From contig OZ024756.1 in NCBI GenBank assembly GCA_964016885.1, positions 43,648,001 to 43,712,000 on the forward strand: a DNA stretch of 64,000 bases. The letters run 5' to 3'. The stretch is from Eledone cirrhosa. Taxonomy: Eukaryota. Numbering within the stretch: the stretch's first letter is position 1; every line of letters starts with the position of its first letter. The position numbers were made by a program, and so were the translations under genes. Positions 38,784 to 52,087 of the stretch are shown one piece after another. Below the pieces are notes generated by a model. The model ran no database searches. It saw only the letters and a program-made list of their open reading frames with translations, and was not told the DNA's origin.

Positions 38784-40831
38784 TTATGTAATATTCGGCT
38801 TGTAGTGGGAAAAAAGGGTTTTAGTTCTGTGACGGCAGAATAATGTTCGTTCAATTCTGTTATTCAGCAGTTTCTTCTTGTGTGTGATTATGTAATAAAT
38901 CTCAAGATTACACAATTTGCAGAAATTTTGGCTCCTGGAAAAGCTTTGGGTTTTAGCTAATTTTTCCCATTTTAGGGTAAACTTTTGATTGCTATCCCTG
39001 AGCGTCCAAGCTTTCTCTGCTAAAGTTGTTACATTTCTTTGGCTCTGGTGTTTTATTGAGTAAGAATGCCTATACAATCGAGATTTAAACGATGTTGCCG
39101 TTGATCCCACGTAATACCACTCGTTGCCTCCGGATTTAATGGTACACTTATAAATAATATTTTTTTCCCGGCAGTTATTGCCGAGGGGGCAGTTGTCAGG
39201 ATAGGTGCAGTTACAGTTGTGTATGTTGGGTTTTCTCTGGAGTAGTATTGCGGACGAACTTAGGTGTGGTTTATTTATGTTCTGTAGTGTATTGTCTACT
39301 GTTTTTTTGGGGTTCTTTGTACTTAAGTTCTTAGTGTTTTCGTTTAACCTTCTAGTATTGATCTTTTTTATGTGTTGTTCAAGGTTTAACGCTGTAGAGT
39401 ATGACAGTCTTATAGTGGTAGGGTTTAGGATTTTGTGGTATTTGTGTGATGTGGGAAAATGTCTTTTAATTATTTTAAAGAAGAGTACTGGTAAATTTGT
39501 ACTAATGGAGCTATTGTATTCGGGGTTATACCATAAGTACTCTTTGCATCGCTTTCTATTAGTTTTGTTTGTTGGTTTACTGGTGTGCATACTATGGTAG
39601 TAAGTGTGGTTTGGTGTTGTGTTATTATATCTACCTATGTGGGATTTATTTTGGGTGTTTTGATTGTTCCCATCTATGTACTCTATTTTGTTGAGGTAGC
39701 CTGCTTTACTAAGGGCGTTATCGTAGTACTCGGCGTGTTCCTTAAATACTTGTATGTTAGAAGATAGACCCGAGATTCTAAGGGAAATATTTTTAGGGAT
39801 AGATTTAATTATAGAGATGGGGTGGTTAGACCCAACATTTACGTATTTGAGATTTTCATTCAATTTATGAAACGGTTTAATCAAACCAGAGTTTAAATTG
39901 AGTGTGACATCCAGGAAGTTAACTACTTTAAGGTTGTATTCATATGTTATAGTTAGTCCTATTTCGAGTAGTAGTTTTCTTATATCTTTGCGTAGTTTTT
40001 CTAGTTTTTGGTTATTAAGGTTTTTAGCTAGGAGGAGAACATCGTCGCGGTATATTCCGCCGTGGAGATTGCTGAATTTTTCCTGGAGTCTAAAGGCGAT
40101 AAATAACCCCACAATATCAGTTATTTCCGCCGAATCGTTAGAGCCCATTGTTATGTCAAAGTTGGAGGGTCTATCTTTACGTACCCAATAACTGTTCTCA
40201 AATTTGACTATAGTTTTCCTAGCTTCTAATATAATCTTAATTTCATCGTTTGTAAGGTCGGAGTTATCCTTAGCAAACTTAATGGCTCTATTCAAAGTTT
40301 CAGGTGATATCGATGAGTAATATTCATCGATATCAAACTGGATAAACTTAGATTTATTCTTATTGCTAATGCTATTAAACCATCTTATTGCTTCTTGGGT
40401 CTTCCCCCAGAGTTTAATGTTAACCTTAGCCTTAATTTGGGGGATGATTCTATCTAAGATATATTTGCTTATTTTACCTATATCTGATTTAGAGGGGCAG
40501 ATTAATCTAATTTTAGGGTCATTATCAAAGTTTACCTTGTGGTCCTTAAGATTGAAAGTGGGTACCGCCGGTAAGAGTGGTCCTGTCCTATCTTCGATTC
40601 CGAGATTTTTCACTATTTCGCATGCCTCATCATTGATGTGCTTAAGGGTTACTTCACTCGTTTTTCTATATTTTTTATGTAATTCTTTTCGAATGAAGTT
40701 GTTGTATGTAGTGCAATCCATAGTGTACAGGTTTGATGTTTTGTCCGCTTTTACTACAATTCCTTTGGTGTTTTTAAGGTCGTCCAGTAGTTTTTTTATA
40801 TCTTTCTGTAATTTGCTGTTGGTGTTGCGTC
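38784..40831 (-). CDS. PLE reverse transcriptase plus GIY-YIG endonuclease (N-terminally truncated, otherwise uninterrupted)
   Basis: VKADKTSNLY, QFDIDEYYSSI, MGSNDSAE, GIYRDD, NFLDV, linker CNC-x5-CP-x4-C, IIYKC...YYVGS, CKLC...CRH. The frame is open upstream of the listed ATG (40721) as far as the inversion junction. Confidence 0.9.
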
Positions 40832-41381
40832 CTTACTCAATAAAACACCAGAGCCAAAGAAATGTAACAACTTTAGCAGAGAAAGCTTGGACGCTCAGGG
40901 ATAGCAATCAAAAGTTTACCCTAAAATGGGAAAAATTAGCTAAAACCCAAAGCTTTTCCAGGAGCCAAAATTTCTGCAAATTGTGTAATCTTGAGATTTA
41001 TTACATAATCACACACAAGAAGAAACTGCTGAATAACAGAATTGAACGAACATTATTCTGCCGTCACAGAACTAAAACCCTTTTTTCCCACTACAAGCCG
41101 AATATTACATAAAAGAGGGACATCCCCCAACTATATAAACCTTAATCTAGTTAGAAAAATATAAAAACAATCTCTTTTCAACATATATTAATAACCTTAA
41201 ATTACCATACTAATAATGAAAAGATATGCTGATGAGAATAGGTACAAATATGCGATAATGAATGTGTCTAAAAACGTCCATAAGTATGTATATATATGTG
41301 AAAATGTATATAAATAAGTAAATATATATATATGTTTGATGTGTATAGTTAGATGTAAGTGTATTCATGTATTAAAGTGCT

Positions 41382-41430
<49 letters not shown>

Positions 41431-41431
41431 G

Positions 41432-41476
<45 letters not shown>

Positions 41477-42066
41477 GTATATGTATATATGTATATATAT
41501 ATGTGTATGTATGTATGTGTATATGGATGTGTATGTATGTGTATGTGTGTACACATGGACTAGAGTATGTATGTATATATGTGTGTGTCTATACGTGTGT
41601 ATATATAAAGATAAGTTGAGTATGAAAATGTATACACATGAGCGCGTATGTATGTACATGAATACATGTGTGTATATATATGTGTATGCATGTGTATATA
41701 TATGTAAGTATGAATATGTGAATTGTGAGTATATGTATTTTGTAGAGGTGTGCAAATATATTTGTGTGTGAATGCGTGGGTGAAAGAATACGTACACTTG
41801 AAAGAAAAATTTAAGTCTGAATGTTAAGTGCAAACACAAAACCAACCACGCATATCTTTACTATCTCTAATCCTTCTATAGATTTAGAAAAATAACCAAT
41901 AATATATTCTATAAAAAATGTCAAAACAACAGATGGGAATCTAATTAATCACTGCCACCAAGAATTCTCACTGCTATCGAAAAACCACTCCTTCAACTAT
42001 TCTTCTAACAACTTCACCCCTTCCTCCTAATATTCTCTATAAAAACTAAATAGGTCCTCAGTAATA

Positions 42067-42183
42067 TTATTCTGATGAAATGACAGTAAACAATAACATT
42101 GAAATATTGAATGTCTGCATAACTAAAAGTTTGTAGATAGCTGTTTTAGGTTATGTAACTGTTATAGAAACACGTGTCAATAA
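42067..42183 (+). ncRNA. Minimal type I hammerhead ribozyme in the pLTR
   Basis: Stem I ttatt/aataa, CTGATGA, stem II atgacagt/actgttat with a long loop, GAAAC-acgt-GTC with palindromic stem III. Confidence 0.82.
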
Positions 42184-42492
42184 ATTCCTTTCAACTAAAC
42201 TGTATCCATTCAAATCTTTCTATATATATATATATATATATATATATGTTTTATGTCTTAGGTAATTCCGAAGGAAAAGCAAAGGAAAAAAGAGTGCTCT
42301 ATGTATAGAACAGAGCTATTTAATTAGAAAGTGAACAACACAATATATAACTACTCTATTACCAAAGGTTTCTGGACCCCAGACAATATTAATATATATC
42401 TTTTCTTATGTATATTTCCTGTTATTTTTCCTGCTTCACTTCCAATTTTTAACAGATTTTAAATCTCATTTCATATTTCTTATCCATAACAT

Positions 42493-42560
42493 CTCTGTCT
42501 GATGACCGTTCCAGACGTATATTAATATTGTCTGGGATCCAGAAACCTTTAGTAATGGAG
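42493..42560 (+). ncRNA. Degenerate hammerhead motif within a small inverted repeat (about 42320-42595)
   Basis: ctctgt-CTGATGA-..ttccagac/gtctggga..-GAAAC-cttta-GTA-atggag; the base of stem II is mismatched. Confidence 0.5.
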
Positions 42561-42597
42561 TAGTTATATTTTCTGTTGTTCACTTTCTAATTAAATC

Positions 42598-45500
42598 ATC
42601 ATCACCATCATCATCACCGTTTTACGTCCGTTCTTCCCTGCTAGCATGGGTTAGACGGGTTGTCCTGTTGTGGGCAGTGTCTGGTCGGCTGACCATGCCT
42701 TGCTCATACAGGAACTGATTCTGGCTTGATTTCTACAGCTGGATGCCCTTCCTAACACCAACCTCATTTACAGTGAGTGCTGGGTGCTTTTTCGTGGCGT
42801 CTACTTTACAGTGTGGGCTGGGTGCTTTTTTGCCGTGGTACCTCCACGGCCATCTTACAGTGGGAGGGTGTGGGGGCATATTGTCTATATGCTTCAGCTT
42901 GTACCCGTGGGAGGTTGGGTACTCTGTATTACTGCGTGACCCCAGAGGTCACGGTCGTGTGTCATCGCCTTTGAGAGGTGTAATTGGGTAAGGTCAGCTT
43001 TTATCACCTCATCCCAGGTCTTCTTGGGTCTCCCCACTCCGCGGTTTCCATTGACTTCTAGTGCTCTGCACATTTTTATGCAGCTGTCATCCTTCATATG
43101 CATCACATGTTCATACCAACGCAACTGCCTCTCCTGCACACAGCATTTGATTCCTCTTATGCTCAGTCTCTCTCTCAATTCATTTAAGGTTTGTCGTTTG
43201 CGTATATTACTATTACACATCCATCGGAGCATGCAGGCTTCGTTTCTCTCTAATCTATCTAAGTCTTCCACCTTCAGCACCCAGGTCTCACTACCATGTA
43301 ACATTGCTGTTCGGATACACGCATCATACAGTCTGCCTTTCATTTTGAGGGAGAAGCCTTTTGCAGCTAGCAGTGGCAGTAGCTCCCTGAACTTCTTCCA
43401 TCCCGTTCTTACCCTAGTTATTGTACTTTCTGAACACCCACCTCCGCTGCTAATTCGGTCACCTAGGTAGCAGAAGCTGTCTACTGTTTCTACAGAGCCC
43501 TCCTAGAGTTTGGTGGTACTTGTTTCCTGTGGCTGTTTGCTGCTTGCTGTCCCAGCACAGCTGCTGCATGTGAAGCCTACATTCTTAATTAAGCTTCCTG
43601 AGATCCCGCTACATCTCTTGTGTACCCATTGTTTGCATTTGGGGCAGAGAATGGAGTTCCTACCTACACCTTTCCTACATACTGAGCAAGGCCATTTCCC
43701 TGAGAGGATCTGGGTTCTGTTTTCTCGACTACTTACAAGGACCTTAGTCTTTGTCATGTTGACTTTGAGACCCCTTTCTTTCTAGTCCCTGCTTCCAAAT
43801 TTGGAATTTCTTCTCTAGTTCTACCATAGATTCAGCTATAAGTGCGAGGTCATCAGCATACAGGAGTTCCCATGGGCATCCGGTCTTAAACTCCTCCGTT
43901 ATTGCCTGCAGGGCTATGATGAACAGGAGAGGGCTAAGAACAGAGCCCTGGTGGACACCAACCTGTATGCTAAATTCCTCGCTATACTCATTGCTAATCC
44001 TAACTTTGCTGACTGCTCCCCTATACATGGCTTGTACAGCTTTCACAAGCCATTCATCTACACCTAGTTTTCTAAGAGCCCACCAAATTACAGCACGTGG
44101 AACTCTGTCAAAGGCTTTCTCGAGATCGACGAATGCCAGGTAGAGTGGCTTACTTTTAGCTAGGTACTATTCCTGTAACTGCCTCACAAGGAAGAGGGCA
44201 TCAGTGGTGCCTCTTCCTGGTACAAACCCAAATTGCATCTCATCTAGTTTCACCCGGTCCCTAATCAACTGTGCTATAACTATTTCTGTTACTTTCATGA
44301 CCTGGTCCATCAGCTTTATACCTCTATAGTTTCCTCTATCTAGTGCATCACCTTTACCTTTGTAGCAGTTGACAATGATGCCACTGCACCAATCTTTTGG
44401 TATGACACCTAGTATTACCTGGTTAACAATACGTGTGGTTATAGTGTGACCTACAGACCCAGATGCCTTCAGCATCTCGCAGCTATACCCAATGGACCGG
44501 TTGCCTTCCCCATCTTCATATCTTTGATTGCCTTACTTATTACGCTGCTGCTGACTTGTACTAATGGCCCCCTCTATAGGGTCTACTTGGGGTAGGGTCT
44601 CTTTTTCCCATGCATTCTCCTCATTTAGTAATCTATCATAATGGCTCTTCCATGCATCTTTCTTCTCAGCACTTGTGAGGGCAAGCTCACCTTTATCATT
44701 CCGAACACACTTCTCTCCAATGACATCACAATTCTCTCTGACACACTGCCTCGCAATCTTGAACACCTCCTGTTTCTGGTCCTCACGTTGCAAAACATGC
44801 TTGAATTTTCTATCCTCTGCTTCCCTCCTAGCTAAGTATACTTGTCGCCTAGCTTCCCTCTTGGTCTCTATGTAATGTACCCTGCTCCCCCCATTCTTCC
44901 ATTCTTTCCATGCCTGTCTCTTGGCCTTAACTGCCTCATCTACCTTATTGTTCCACCACCAAGTCACTTTCCTCCTGCTTGTAGTCTTACTCCAGCCACA
45001 GACCTCATCCGTCGCCTCTAGTAAGTTATTTTTTAGGAACTCCCAGTTCTCTTCTACATTGAATGTCTCTATCTGTTTTTCTTTACTGTCGTAGGCATTG
45101 AGTAAAATATTTTAAAATCTGTTACTGGCTGAGGGGTCTTTCAGCTTCCAGATCTTTCTTCTCTAGGTTGGCCTGTTTCCAGGTTCGTCTAGTTCTGACC
45201 GTGAGGTCGCTGACAACTAAGCTATGTTGGGAGGTACATTCCTCACTAGGCTAGGCTTTTGTGTTTACGACCGTCCATCTGTCACGTCCTCTGATGAGGA
45301 TAAAATCTATCTGACTAGAATGCTTCCCTGATCTATAGGTGATCAGGTGGTTGTCGGGTTTTTTGAAGTTTGTGTTACATATCGACATGTCATTGGCGTT
45401 GCAGAATTCTAGAAGTCTGAATCCTTCTTCATTTCTTGTGCCAACCCCATGGCCTCCATGGACTCTATTGAAGCCGTCACAGTGTTTACCTGCGTGTCCG

Positions 45501-46440
45501 TTAAAATCTCCTGCGATGATTAGGAAGTCATTGTCGTTTGTTAGAGCAGTAGTGTGCATTAGGGACTCGTAAAACCTATCCTTAAGTTCGTCTGGCAACC
45601 CCGATTGGGGTGCGTAAGCTGATATTATTGTGGTAATTGTTTTATTCAGGACTAGTCTGAGTTTAATGATTCTTGCATTTACCCTGTACACTGAGATTAC
45701 TTTATCTACCCACTTGTCAGCTAGTAGTATACCTACACCACCCATCCCATCGTCATTTCCCACCCAGAAAAATTTGTAGCACTGACTTTTTCCTACAAGG
45801 ACTCTAGCAAACTCTCCTCTCCATCTAGTCTCTTGCACACAGCATACATTAATTTCCTTTCGCTCTAGCATTTCTACTATTTCTCCTGCTCTTCCTTTCA
45901 TTGTGCCAACTCAGAGTTTTGGGCATTTGTCGACATTCGTAGGGAAGGGTCGATTTTTGCAGGGGGGTGTGTTTGCTTCCTGTCTCTAGATTGGGGCTTC
46001 ACATGGGTTCTTGGTAGCTCGCAGATTCATATTCATTTCATCTATTAATTCAGAGTCCAATTTATTCTCAGCTCATCCATACATAACGGTAGGAAAATTC
46101 AGGGCTAGAAAAACAGTGGTGGTAATAATGGCAGGGTGTGTTGGGCTGGGACGGGGGAGGAGAGAGTTAGGTAGTAGTAGTAGTAGAAGAAATGGCATGC
46201 TGAGGTTTGATTGGTCGAATAGGCTATGGTGGTGGGAGGGAAATTGTGAGGTAGGTAGCCAGTCATGGCCCATAGCCTTTGATGGCAAAATAGACAGATA
46301 GAGAAAATCAGTGTAACAAAATAAATGTATTGGGGAAGCTAGAGAAGTGATAAATACAGCAATAGTTGTGAGCAGAACATTTGCAATTGGGGAAATAGGG
46401 GTACCTGAAAAGATTTGTATGGAGGGATGGCTGGAACGTG
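42598..46440 (-). mobile_element. Near full-length RTE LINE (subfamily C), frameshifted
   Basis: ORF pieces 45251..45901 (APE: CCVQETRW, GDFNGH, SQIDFIL), 44533..44967, 44167..44475, 43744..44046 (YADDL), 43503..43757 (PHD) and 42894..43343. Confidence 0.93.
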
Positions 46441-46463
46441 GGTAAATATATATATATATATAT

Positions 46464-46803
46464 GGAGGCACATGGCTTAGGGGTTAGAGCATTGGCCTTG
46501 CAATCAAAAGGTTGTGAGTTCAATTCTTGGACCGGGTGATGTGTTGTTTCCTTGAGCAAGACACTTTATTTCACATTGCTCCAGTTTACTCAGCTGTAGA
46601 AATGAGATGATAGGGACTGGGGTCCATATCATTCCACTGCAAAGTGGTCGTGGAGGTGCCACGGCAAAAAAGCACCCAGCACTCACTGTAAATGAGGTTG
46701 GTGTTAGGAAGGGCATCCAGCTGTAGAAATCAAGCCAGAATATGTTCCCGTGCCACCCTTGCAAGCAGGGAAAGCGGATGTAAAATGAAATGATGATGAA
46801 TGA
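46464..46803 (+). mobile_element. tRNA-headed CORE-like SINE with RTE tail
   Basis: A-box tggcttag.gg, B-box gagttcaattc, core tccttgagcaagacacttt...cagctgtagaaatgag, tail cccttgcaagcagggaaagcgga..taaaatga(tga)n. Confidence 0.87.
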
Positions 46804-46806
46804 TAA

Positions 46807-47121
46807 TGCTCTACCTCCACAGATTTTAAGTCCCATTTTAATAACCATAAATGCTCTTTTACGAATATAAATAAAAAATCTTCAACTTCTCTATCTAATT
46901 TACTATGGGACCTAAAATCAAAGAACACTAACTATTCTTTACTTTGGAATATTATCTCCAAAGCTCCTCCATTCAATGCTTCTTCTGAAAATTGTGCTCT
47001 TTGTATAGAGGAAATATTCTTTATATTAAAAAGTAAGAATTCTGTTAATTTAAGGAATAATCATTTCAGTTCTTGCAAACATAGATTGAACTCAACGTTT
47101 AAATATATATATAAAATGTAA
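46807..47121 (+). mobile_element. Fragment of a second Naiad-type PLE (C-terminal GIY-YIG region)
   Basis: Hand translation: STSTDFKSHFNNHKCSF...STSLSNLLWDLK...LLWNIISKA...CALCIEEIFFIL...CKHRL*, collinear with the end of the 38784 ORF. Confidence 0.8.
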
Positions 47122-47324
47122 TACATAACTCATTTTTATTAAACCTATCGATAATTCATTAGATTCCTTCATATGACTGCTTATAACTCTTAAAAAGAAA
47201 AAAAAGTTTTCTTGGAAAAAATTTTTTTCTTGAAAAACTTTTCTTGATAAACGTACTGAAAGATTTAAAGAAGGATTTTTTTTTTTTAAATTCCTCTGGT
47301 GGGTATAAGGAAATTATAATTCAT

Positions 47325-50300
47325 AATTTGGACCAATCACAAGTCAACAGCCTATGCCATCACTACTGGCTGCTTTTCGATATGATGGATGGACTAAGGA
47401 ATTTCTGGAGAGTCTGAAGAATCTGGACACTCGATGACAATGCCAAAGATAACGACAAATTCACCTCATGCTGCCGGACGAAAGGGCAAGGCCCCCCCCC
47501 TCTTTGTTTCGGCCGCGGATGGCCAACATAACCCCAAACTCATTCCCCTCACCCCTCCCCGCGCCCCATCCTCCAAACACAATCCAAAACTTCAGAGTTG
47601 GTACCATGATCGTAGGCACCTTAAAAGGCCGCTCTAACGAGGTTGTAGAATTGCTTGAACGTAAGGAGGTTGATGTTTGCTGTATCCAAGAGACCAGGTG
47701 GAGGGGTGGGTCTGCTAGATTCATTGTGGGTAAAAAACGTTGCTATAAGCTTTTCTGGGTGGGGAATGACAATGGGATAGGTGGGGTAGGAATCATGTTA
47801 GCAGAAAAATGGGTGGATAAGATAATAGATGTAAATAGAGTGAATGACAGAATAATTAAAATAAGACTTGTTCTAAACAGAACTACTGTGACAGTAATAT
47901 CTGCATACGCGCCCCAATCCGGACTGCCTGGCGCTATAAAAGACAGATTCTATGAGACACTGATGCTTACTACCTCCCAAATAACCGACAGTGACTATAT
48001 AATAATTGCTGGCGACCTAAATGGTCACGTTGGACAACATTGTGACGGCTGGAATTCTGTGATGCAAACAACCTAACTATCTGTAACACTAACTTCAAAA
48101 AACGAGACAATCACTTGATCATCTACAGATCAGGAGAACATACCAGCCAGGTAGATTATATCCTTACCAGAAGACGTGACAGAGTGTCTGTTGTAAACAC
48201 TAAATCCCTCCCCCATGAAGAATGCACCTCCCAACATACTGATAATTAGCGACCTCATAGTCAGGACGAGACGTACTAGACAGCAGAAGAGGACTATCCT
48301 CAGGAGAAAAATATGGAAGCTAAAGGATCCCACAGCCAGAAATAAATTTCAAAGCATATTACTTGATGCTTTCGACAGTAAGGAAGGGCAATTAGAGTCG
48401 TACAAGGTAGAGGAACAGTGGGAATTCCTGAAAGCAAACCTGCTGATGGCGGCAGACGAAGTCTGTGGCTGGAGCAGGCCTGTAGGTAGGAGGAGAGTAA
48501 CATGGTGGTGGAACTGTAAGGTGGAGGGGTCAATCAAGGCCAAAAAGCAGGCTTGGAAAGCATGGCGGGATGGGGGAAGTAGAGAAGACTATCAAGTGGC
48601 CAGGAGGGAAGCTAGGAGACGAGTGTACTTCGCAAGAAGGGAAGCAGAGGAAAGAAAGTTCAAGCATGTTCTACAACGCGAGGACCAAAAACGTGAGGTG
48701 TTCAGGATTGCTAGGCAATGTGTCAAGGAAAACCGTGATATTGTCGGGGAGAAGTGTGTACTTAACGATGATGGCGTACTTGCCATCACTGACGCTGATA
48801 AGAAGGTAGCTTGGAAGTGTCACTACGAAAGGCTACTAAATGAGGAGAATAAATGGGAGAAAGACAGTCTCCCCCACATCGACCCAATAGAGGGACCAGC
48901 AGTGTTAGTCGAAGGTAGTATAATAAGTAAGGCAATCAAAGATATGAAGACGGGTAAGGCGGCTGGGCCTTCGGAAATAGTTGCTGAGATGCTGAAAGCC
49001 TCCGGTACGGTGGGACACACCATGGTCACCCGGATAGTAAGCCAAGTCATACAGAATGGGGTTGTTCTGAAGGACTGGCATAGCAGCATCATCGTTAACT
49101 GTTACAAGGGTAAAGGAGACGCCCTAGATAGGAGTAACTATAGAGGCATTAAATTAATCGACCAGGTCATGAAGGTCACGGAAAAAGTAATAGCGCAACC
49201 AATCAGAGAGAGAATTGATCTAGATGAAATGCAGTTCGGGTTTGTGTCAGGCAAAAGTACCACAGACGTTCTTTTCATTGTACGACAACTACAGGAGAAG
49301 TACCTAGCTAAAAGTAAACCCCTATACTTAGTTTTGTCGACTTGGAGAAAGAAGCCTTCGACAGAGTCCCCCGTTCCATTATCTCGTGGGCTCTTAAAAA
49401 ACTAGGTGTTGACGAATGGCTTGTGAGAGCTATACAAGCCATGTATAAAGAAACAGTCAGCAAGGTTAGACTTAACAACGAATATAGTGAAGAGTTTAGC
49501 GTAAAAGTTGGTGTCCATCAGGGCTCTGTTCTTAGCCCCCTACTATTTATTATTGCCCTTCAGGCTATAACGGAGGAGTTCAAGACCGGCTGCCCATGGG
49601 CACTCCTATACGCAGATGATCTAACGCTCATAGCTGAATCAATGTCCGAGCTAGAGAAGAAATTCCAAACATGGAAGCACGGCCTAGAATCAAAAGGCCT
49701 TAAAATTAACCTGGCTAAGACTAAAGTTCTAGTTTGTAGGAAAGAAAATAAGGCGCCGGTCCCTTCCGGTAAATGGCCACGCTCAGTGTGTAGGAAAGGC
49801 GTAGGTAGAAACTCCATTTTATGTCCCAAATGCAAAGTATGGGTGCATAAAAGATGTAGTGGGATCACAGGTAAGCTAACTAAGAACATAGATTTTACAT
49901 GTGGCCGGTGCTCTGGTGCAATAAGTAGCAGCAAGTGCCCACAAAATACTAGCTCTTTCAATTGCGCAGAGGGTTCTATAGAAATAGTGGACAGCTTCCG
50001 TTACCTGGGTGACAAAATCAGCAGTGGGGGAGGGTGCTCTGAAAGTACAGTAGCTAGAGTCAGAACTGGAAGGAAAAAGTTCAGAGAGCTTATACCACTA
50101 TTAGCTGCTAAAGGGTTCTCCCTAAAAATGAAAGGCAGATTGTATGATGCCTGCATACGAACAGCAATGTTACATGGCAGTGAGACCTGGGCATTGTGTG
50201 CAGAGGATATACGCAGACTAGAGAGGAACGAAGCTTGCATGCTCCGCTGGATGTGTAATAGTAATATACGTGAACGGCAAAGCATAAACGAACTAAGGAA

Positions 50301-50982
50301 AAAATTAGAAATAAGAGGGATCAGATGTTGTTTACTCGAGAGAAGGCTACGTTGGTATGGTCACGTGATGCGCATGAAAGACGACAGCTGTATAACAAAG
50401 TGCAGGGCAATAAAGATAGATGGTAGCCACAGAGTAGGCAGACCCAGAAAAACCTGGGACGAGCTGATAAATTCCGACCTCACACACTTACACCTCTCCA
50501 AGACAATGTCACTGGACCGAGACATTTGGCGGTACTCAGTAACAGAGAAGACCCCCCTTACCTAAATACAAAGTAAAACCTACTACAGTCAGTAGGCATC
50601 TCTAACAAAATACACCCCCGTCCCACCACCACCCCATCCACACCGCCCCTTTCAATGCAAAGTTATGTTGGTGCCACAACATCCAGGCCGAAACAAATGA
50701 GATCGTGTAGGTGTCACGACAAAAAACACACTGTAAATGTGGTTGGTGTTAGGAAGGGCATCCAACTGTAGAAAACACGTCAGACAGTCCACGCTGTAAT
50801 GTGACCGTGTAGGCAACACAGTAAAAACCTCCCAGCCCCACACTGTAAATGTGGTTGGTGTTAGGAAGGGCATCCAGCTGTAGAAAACCCGCCAGACAGT
50901 CCTATGCGAGCAAGACAACCACTCTTGCCTCAAGTGGGAAAACCCCCATCCAAACCCATGCAAGCGTGGAACATGGACGTTA
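47325..50982 (+). mobile_element. Near full-length RTE LINE (subfamily A) with few lesions
   Basis: ORFs 47468..48076 (APE), 48215..49405 and 49342..50565 (RT, YADDL, PHD). The 3' UTR has an internal duplication and is followed by a short inverted piece 50983-51062. Confidence 0.94.
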
Positions 50983-51171
50983 ATTTTGTTAGATGCCTAC
51001 TGGCTGTAGTAGGTTTTACTATGTATTTAGGTAAGGCGGGTCTTCTCTGTTACTGAGTAGCGTATATATATATATATATATCAAAATGTTTATATATATA
51101 TAAAATTTATACTTTAAATATACTCTATAGATATACTCTTATGAAAGAGTTTTTTTATGGTTTATGCTTTA

Positions 51172-52087
51172 GAGTGGGGGAGGGTGCTCTGAAAGTACAG
51201 TAGCTAGAGTCAGAACTGGATGGAAAAAGCTCAGAGAGCTTATACCACTATTAGCCACTAAAGGGTTCTCCCTAAAAATGCCTGCATACGAACAGCAATG
51301 TTGCATGGCAGTGAGACCTGGGCATTGTGTGCAGAGGATATACGCAGACTAGAGAGGAACGAAGATTGCATGCTCCGCTGGATGTGTAATAGTAATATAC
51401 GTGAACGGCAAAGCATAAACGAACTAAGGGAAAAATTAGAAATAAGAGGGATCAGATGTTGTTTACTCGAGAGAAGGCTACGTTGGTACGGTCACGTGAT
51501 GCGCATGAAAGACGACAGCTGTATAAAAAAGTGCAGGGCAATAAAGATAGACGGTAGCCACGGAATAGGCAGACCCAGAAAAACCTGGGATGACTTGATA
51601 AATTCTGACCTCACACACTTACACCTCTCCAAGACAATGTCACTGGACCGAGATCTTTGGCGGTACTCAGTAATAGAGAAGATCTGCCTTACCTAAATAC
51701 AAAGTAAAACCTACTACAGTCAGTAGGCACCTATAACAAAATACACCCCCGTTCCACCACCCCCACCGCATCCACACCGCCCCTTTCAATGTAAAGTTAT
51801 GTTGGTGCCACAACATCCAGGCCGAAACAAATGAGATCGTGTAGGTGTCACAACAAAAAAACACACAGTCCACGCTGTAATGTGGCCGTGTAGGCAACAC
51901 TGTAAAAACCTCCCAGTCCCACACTGTAAATGTGGTTGGTGTTAGGAAGGGCATCCAGCTGTAGAAAACCCGCCAGACAGTCCTATGCGAGCAAGACAAC
52001 CACTCTTGCCTCAAGTGGGAAAACTCCCGTCCAAGCCAATGCAAGCGTGGAACATGGACGTTAAACAATGATGATGATGATGATGAT
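51172..52087 (+). mobile_element. 5'-truncated RTE LINE (subfamily A)
   Basis: ORF 51298..51696, 3' UTR and (gat)n tail. Confidence 0.92.

Larger units (their letters stand above)
37673..42223 (-). mobile_element. Penelope-like element (Naiad-type), 5'-truncated, with inverted pseudo-LTRs 37673-39064 and 40832-42223
   Basis: Two 1392-bp inverted arms with identical ORF-track translations, an RT plus GIY-YIG ORF, and a hammerhead motif in each arm. Confidence 0.93.

Noticed and set aside
38784-40831. Selenocysteine-encoding Naiad
   Set aside because: There is no in-frame TGA; the conserved positions are ordinary Cys.
47468-50565. Intact, active RTE copy
   Set aside because: It has a deletion and frameshift in the endonuclease and a frameshift near 49335, so no single ORF.
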